This document shows positions 59,664-64,000 of a DNA stretch of 64,000 nucleotides, piece by piece. The DNA comes from an uncultured delta proteobacterium. Lineage in GTDB: Bacteria > Desulfobacterota > Desulfobaccia > Desulfobaccales > 0-14-0-80-60-11. A program made the translations under genes and the position numbers. Location: positions 1,984,001-2,048,000 of the forward strand of contig CAWETI010000003.1 in NCBI GenBank assembly GCA_963812015.1, written 5' to 3'. The notes under the pieces were generated by a model. It was not told the DNA's origin, ran no database searches, and saw nothing but the letters and a program-made list of their open reading frames with translations. Each line of letters starts with the position of its first letter. Within the stretch, counting starts at the first letter, position 1.

Positions 59664-59723
59664 TGTAGGGGCGGACCCATGTGTCCGCCCGCATCAGGGC
59701 GCACACGCAGGTGCGCCCCTACA
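59664..59723. repeat. Inverted pair of GTAG-type REP-like elements
   Basis: TGTAGGGGCGGACCCATGTGTCCGCCC...GGGCGCACACGCAGGTGCGCCCCTACA. Confidence 0.65.
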
Positions 59724-59743
59724 TAAAAACATTGAGGATATAG

Positions 59744-62380
59744 ATGAAGTCTAACATCAATTTCAATAACCACTCGGGTCTCCAACTGCTGGACACCCGC
59801 CGGGACTTTACCTCGCCCTATCCCTCGGGCCGGGTGTATAAGGCCGATGAAGAAGGCGGCTGCGGGGTCACCGGCTTTGCCGCCAGTGTCCCGGTGGCCG
59901 GCCGCCACATCTTTCAGCCCTCGGTGCAGATGCACAACCGGGGCAACGGCAAAGGCGGCGGTATTGCCGCGGTGGGCCTGGATGCTGACACCCTGGGGGT
60001 CTCCCAGAAAATGCTGGATGATGATTACCTGATCCAGATCGCCTATCTGGACGCGGAGGTCCGGCCCACGGTGGAAGCCAGGTTCATCACCGATGTCTTC
60101 GTGGTGGATCATGCCCGGCACCAACCCACTATCGACGACTGGCGGGACTTGCCGGGTTTGATGGTCAAACCCCCGGAGGTCTGGCAATACTTTGTGCGGG
60201 TGAAGCCCCAGGTGCTGCAGCACTTCATCCAGCAACACAAGCTCTATGAGGTGCCCTGGCGCAAGGTGGAAGACGAATTCGTCGCCCAGACCTGCTACAA
60301 GCTGAACGAGGCCTATTACGCCTCCCTGGGCGAGAAGAAGGCCTTTGTGCTCTCCCAGGGGCGCAATATCATGATCCTCAAGATCGTGGGCTACGCCGAA
60401 GAGGCCGCCCTCTACTATCAACTCCTGGACTTCAAGGCCCACATCTGGATCGCCCATCAGCGCTACCCCACCCGGGGAAGGGTGTGGCACCCCGGCGGGG
60501 CCCACCCCTTCGCCGCCCTCAACACCGCCCTGGTGCACAACGGCGACTTCGCCAACTACTTTTCGGTGAGCGAATACCTGAGCCAGCGCCATTTTTATCC
60601 CCAGTTTCTCACGGACACCGAGGTGGCGGTCTTGACCTTCGACCTGTGGCACCGGCTCTACGGCTACCCCATGGAGTACGTCATCGAGTCCATGGCCCCC
60701 ACCACGGAGCGGGACTTCGACCTCCTGGACCCGGAGCGCCGGCAGATTTACCGCCATCTCCAGACCACCAACATCCACGGCTCCCCGGATGGCCCCTGGT
60801 TCTTCATCATCGCCCGCACCGATCCCGACCGGAACCGCTTTGAGCTCATCGGCATCACCGACACTTCCATGCTCCGGCCCCAGGTCTTTGCCCTGCAAGA
60901 CGGCGAGGTGCAGATCGGCCTGATCTGTTCCGAAAAGCAGGCCATCGACGCCACCCTGCAAAGCCTGGCGGCGGAGGACCCCCGGTTCTGTCCCGTGGCC
61001 GACCTCTATTGGAACGCCCGGGGGGGCAGCGCCACCGACGGCGGCTCCTTCATCTTTTCCCTGGAAGCCAACAACGGCAAGCGGGTCCTCTCCTGCCACG
61101 ACAAGTTCGGCAAGCCCAAAACCGTACCCTGGCACCAGCGGCCCTGGGACGGCACCCGGCTGGAAATTACCGTCAGCGAAGAATCGGAAATAACCCGGAT
61201 CATCAAATCCCACCTGGAGGACGCCAGCGGCCAAAAACTCTTCCAGTGGGTCAAAGGACACGTCCCCATCTGGTCTTATGCCGGTTTTCGAGAAGCCCTG
61301 GAGGTGACCGCGGCCTTGGCCAAAGCCAGCGATGGTCCCAAGGCCGCAGCCCTCAACGGCCTGACCCTGGTTTTGGACTGGCGCTACGATCCGGGGGACA
61401 AGAAGCGGAGCCATTTGCAGCAGCTGCTCATGGAGAGCCTGACCGGGATCTTTCAGGCGACCCCCCCCGTGGGCGACCCCCATCCCAGCCGCTACCGCTG
61501 GGTCGATTGGGAGACCCGGGACCGCCTTACGTCCCCGCCCCGGAAGGATGCGGTGCTGGTCCTGGATGCCGCCGGCTTTCCTCCGGAAGGGGATAGCTGC
61601 GATGCCCGCTTCCTGTGCCGGGCCTTTGAGTTGGGGTGGAGACAGTTCCTCATTTACGGCTACAAGGGCCAACGCTTCCTGGGCTGCGGCTTCGGGGCCG
61701 ACACCGATGAGGTCCGCATCGACGCCTATGGCAGCACCGGCGACTACCTGGCCTCGGGGATCGACGGCATGTCCCTCTATATCCACGGCAACGCCCAAGA
61801 CCAGTTGGGCCAGATCATGAAGCGGGGCAAGTTGGTGGTTTACGGCGACGTGGGCCAGACCTTCATGTACGGCGCCAAGGGCGGTGATGTCTACGTCATG
61901 GGCAATGCCGCCGGCCGGCCTTTCATCAACGCGGTGGGCCGCCCCCGGGCGGTGATCAACGGCACCGCCCTGGACTTCCTGGCCGAATCCTTCATGGCCG
62001 GCAACCCCCATGCCGGGGGCGGTTTTATCATCGTCAACGGTCTGGAGTTCGACACCCGGGGGCGCATCCGCCCCCAGCGCACCCCCTATCCCGGCGGCAA
62101 CCTCTTTTCCCTGGCCTCGGGGGGCGCCCTTTACATGCGGGACCCTTACCGCCAGGTGGTGGAGGAGCAGTTGAACGGCGGCGAGATCGTGCCACTGACG
62201 GCCGCGGATTGGGACCTCATCCTGCCCTACCTCCAGGAAAACGAGCGGCTCTTCGGCATCTCCATCGAAGAAGACCTGCTCACCGTGGAAGGGCGCCTGC
62301 AGGCCCCGGATCAGGTTTACCGCAAGGTCCAGTCCGTCAAGCTGGCGGTCCTCACCCAGGTGGAGGACTCCTGGGAATAG
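59744..62380 (+). CDS. Glutamate synthase amidotransferase domain fused to GXGXG domain (GltB1+GltB3-type)
   Basis: EEGG-CGV Ntn nucleophile site, AHQRYPT, AHPF, HNGD, C-terminal glycine-repeat beta-helix. Confidence 0.88.
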   Translation: MKSNINFNNHSGLQLLDTRRDFTSPYPSGRVYKADEEGGCGVTGFAASVPVAGRHIFQPSVQMHNRGNGKGGGIAAVGLDADTLGVSQKMLDDDYLIQIAYLDAEVRPTVEARFITDVFVVDHARHQPTIDDWRDLPGLMVKPPEVWQYFVRVKPQVLQHFIQQHKLYEVPWRKVEDEFVAQTCYKLNEAYYASLGEKKAFVLSQGRNIMILKIVGYAEEAALYYQLLDFKAHIWIAHQRYPTRGRVWHPGGAHPFAALNTALVHNGDFANYFSVSEYLSQRHFYPQFLTDTEVAVLTFDLWHRLYGYPMEYVIESMAPTTERDFDLLDPERRQIYRHLQTTNIHGSPDGPWFFIIARTDPDRNRFELIGITDTSMLRPQVFALQDGEVQIGLICSEKQAIDATLQSLAAEDPRFCPVADLYWNARGGSATDGGSFIFSLEANNGKRVLSCHDKFGKPKTVPWHQRPWDGTRLEITVSEESEITRIIKSHLEDASGQKLFQWVKGHVPIWSYAGFREALEVTAALAKASDGPKAAALNGLTLVLDWRYDPGDKKRSHLQQLLMESLTGIFQATPPVGDPHPSRYRWVDWETRDRLTSPPRKDAVLVLDAAGFPPEGDSCDARFLCRAFELGWRQFLIYGYKGQRFLGCGFGADTDEVRIDAYGSTGDYLASGIDGMSLYIHGNAQDQLGQIMKRGKLVVYGDVGQTFMYGAKGGDVYVMGNAAGRPFINAVGRPRAVINGTALDFLAESFMAGNPHAGGGFIIVNGLEFDTRGRIRPQRTPYPGGNLFSLASGGALYMRDPYRQVVEEQLNGGEIVPLTAADWDLILPYLQENERLFGISIEEDLLTVEGRLQAPDQVYRKVQSVKLAVLTQVEDSWE

Positions 62381-62483
62381 AAAAGCCTCACGCCAAGACG
62401 CCAAGAAAGGGCGGACCGGTGGGTCCGTCCTTCTAATGTGGCGCAGTCGCCTTCGCCTGCGCCAGACCACATTATTTAAAGAA

Positions 62484-62945
62484 ATGAAAAAATTTTTTTA
62501 TTTTATTATTATTGTTTTGATTGTGCATATCTTTGCATTACATACTGAGGGTTTTGATGTATTCAAGGAGTATGAGAAAGTAATTTGGATTAATCAACCC
62601 AAACAGGTTGGGATAGCCTACGAGGGAGGTAAAAAGCTTTTTGAATTCCCAATAGTAACTGGCGATGATGAAACTACAACTGACCCAGGAATATATGTTG
62701 TAAAATTAAAGGAAGATAATTACTATTCACACAAATACGACACGCCAATGCCTTATTCAATATTCTTCGATCTTAAAGAGCGAAAGGCGATTCATGAAGG
62801 CGAAGTGCCTCCGCCTGCTTTAAGAAAAGAATTAGCAACTCACGGATGTATCCATGTTGAACAGCCATATATCCACATGTTGTATGATTGGGCCGATGAA
62901 GAAAATACAGTTGTAGTAATTAGCGGATGGAGAACAGGTGATTAA
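62484..62945 (+). CDS. L,D-transpeptidase (YkuD-like), secreted
   Basis: Signal/TM, TPMPYSIFF, AIH...ATHGCIHV catalytic His/Cys; markedly AT-rich. Confidence 0.82.
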   Translation: MKKFFYFIIIVLIVHIFALHTEGFDVFKEYEKVIWINQPKQVGIAYEGGKKLFEFPIVTGDDETTTDPGIYVVKLKEDNYYSHKYDTPMPYSIFFDLKERKAIHEGEVPPPALRKELATHGCIHVEQPYIHMLYDWADEENTVVVISGWRTGD

Positions 62946-63271
62946 TTCACGTCAATTTATCTAGGTATTGTTCTTTTTGATGGAGAGAAATTATAGTAAA
63001 TAGCTTTTTAAAAGAATGATATAAATTTCAATAAAATGTGAAGTTAATAAAGCATAAGAAAGCTTTGCTCGGTGCCACATTCATTGCCACAATCTTTCAA
63101 TTAATAAAAATCAAATAGTAGCAAACATGGTTTCCATAATGGAACCTTCTTTCCGTGGGGTGATTCCCCAGTCTCTTGATTGAAGCAACCAAGCAAATCG
63201 AAAAATAGCTGTTCATTATTCACTTAAGGCTCCACCCCCCTCTCCCCTGCCCCCACCCCCCAAATTTCCCC

Positions 63272-63300
63272 TTGACAGCGCTATCAAGTTTGACTAATCT
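63272..63300 (+). promoter_or_regulatory. Possible sigma70 promoter
   Basis: TTGACA-17 nt-TAATCT upstream of the TauE gene. Confidence 0.45.
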
Positions 63301-63327
63301 TGTGAAAAAATTAACAAGAGGTGGGTT

Positions 63328-64000
63328 ATGCTCTTTCCCGTGTCCGGCGTGGAAGTCAACCCGTTCATTCCGCCTCTCATCGCCCTGCTCGTCTCCACCT
63401 TCACCTCCATGGGCGGGGTCTCCGGGGCCTTCCTGTTGCTGCCCTTCCAGGTATCCATCCTCAACTTCACCAGCCCGGCGGTTTCTCCCACCAACCTGGT
63501 CTTCAACATCGTGGCCATCCCTTCCGGCGTCTACCGCTTCATCCGGGAGGGCCGGATGAACTGGCCGGTGACCTGGGTGGTGATCCTGGGGACCCTGCCG
63601 GGCATCTTCGCGGGGGCCTTCATCCGGGTTAACTGGATGCTGGACCCCAAAAATTTCAAGCTCTTCGTGGGCTGTGTGCTGCTGTATATCGGCCTGCGCC
63701 TGCTCTATGAGCAGACCCCCCGGGCCAAGCGCAAGAAGGGCAAGATTTTGGAGTTCGAGGCCCGGGTGCAGGAGCGCCTCAAAAAGGTCCTGGCGGAATC
63801 GGGCCATACCACCGGCCGGGGTCTGCCCGCGGCCGCCCGGGTCAAGACCGTGAACTGGAGTTTAAGAAGGGTCAGCTATGAGTTTTTAGGGGAGACCTTC
63901 ACCTTCAACGCTCCGGCCCTGTTCATCCTGGCCCTGGTGGTGGGGCTCATCGGCGGCACCTACGGCATCGGCGGCGGGGCCATCATCGCCCCCTTCCTGG
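63328..64000 (+). CDS. Sulfite exporter TauE/SafE-family membrane protein, 5' part (runs off the window)
   Basis: Hand translation: MLFPVSGVEVNPFIPPLIALLVSTFTSMGGVSGAFLLLPFQ...GLIGGTYGIGGGAIIAPFL. Confidence 0.88.
   Translation, partial: MLFPVSGVEVNPFIPPLIALLVSTFTSMGGVSGAFLLLPFQVSILNFTSPAVSPTNLVFNIVAIPSGVYRFIREGRMNWPVTWVVILGTLPGIFAGAFIRVNWMLDPKNFKLFVGCVLLYIGLRLLYEQTPRAKRKKGKILEFEARVQERLKKVLAESGHTTGRGLPAAARVKTVNWSLRRVSYEFLGETFTFNAPALFILALVVGLIGGTYGIGGGAIIAPFL

Noticed and set aside
59609..62470. 953-aa minus-strand ORF (and similar shadows at 58068-59603, 52660-53712, 43953-45047)
   Set aside because: Antisense to well-supported genes; an artefact of codon bias

Overview
GC-rich anaerobe chromosome, probably Desulfobacterota (inferred from gene content). 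Left part (1 to about 16.98 kb) ends at a 3'-half tRNA-Ala(GGC) duplication, so it is probably a tRNA-integrated island. It carries a partial GltD-like oxidoreductase, a sigma54 two-component system in front of kdpFABC plus a kinase-less KdpD, an internally deleted IS256, and the most novel-looking locus: a candidate RiPP cluster. That cluster has a 61-aa precursor ending in eight tandem W-x-N triplets, two radical SAM/SPASM enzymes and an ABC exporter. The middle (17-38.7 kb) has an ArsR regulator with a membrane ferredoxin, a PAS kinase/sigma54 regulator/archaemetzincin operon, three GcvH-like proteins lacking the lipoyl lysine, and an HdrL-HdrA-MvhD-FdhB-FdhA-HdrD-like cluster. Five genes of that cluster are split in the ORF track by in-frame TGA codons at conserved Cys/Sec positions with downstream hairpins, so they are read here as selenoproteins. 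The right part has treY/treZ, a ROK kinase, an S2P-CBS protease, mlaEFD plus a TPR lipoprotein, a nitrogen assimilation block (NifA-like activator, glnA, amtB, P-II, split glutamate synthase with an MvhD-like subunit), an AT-rich L,D-transpeptidase and a partial TauE gene. All calls come from reading motifs by eye; no database searches were run.
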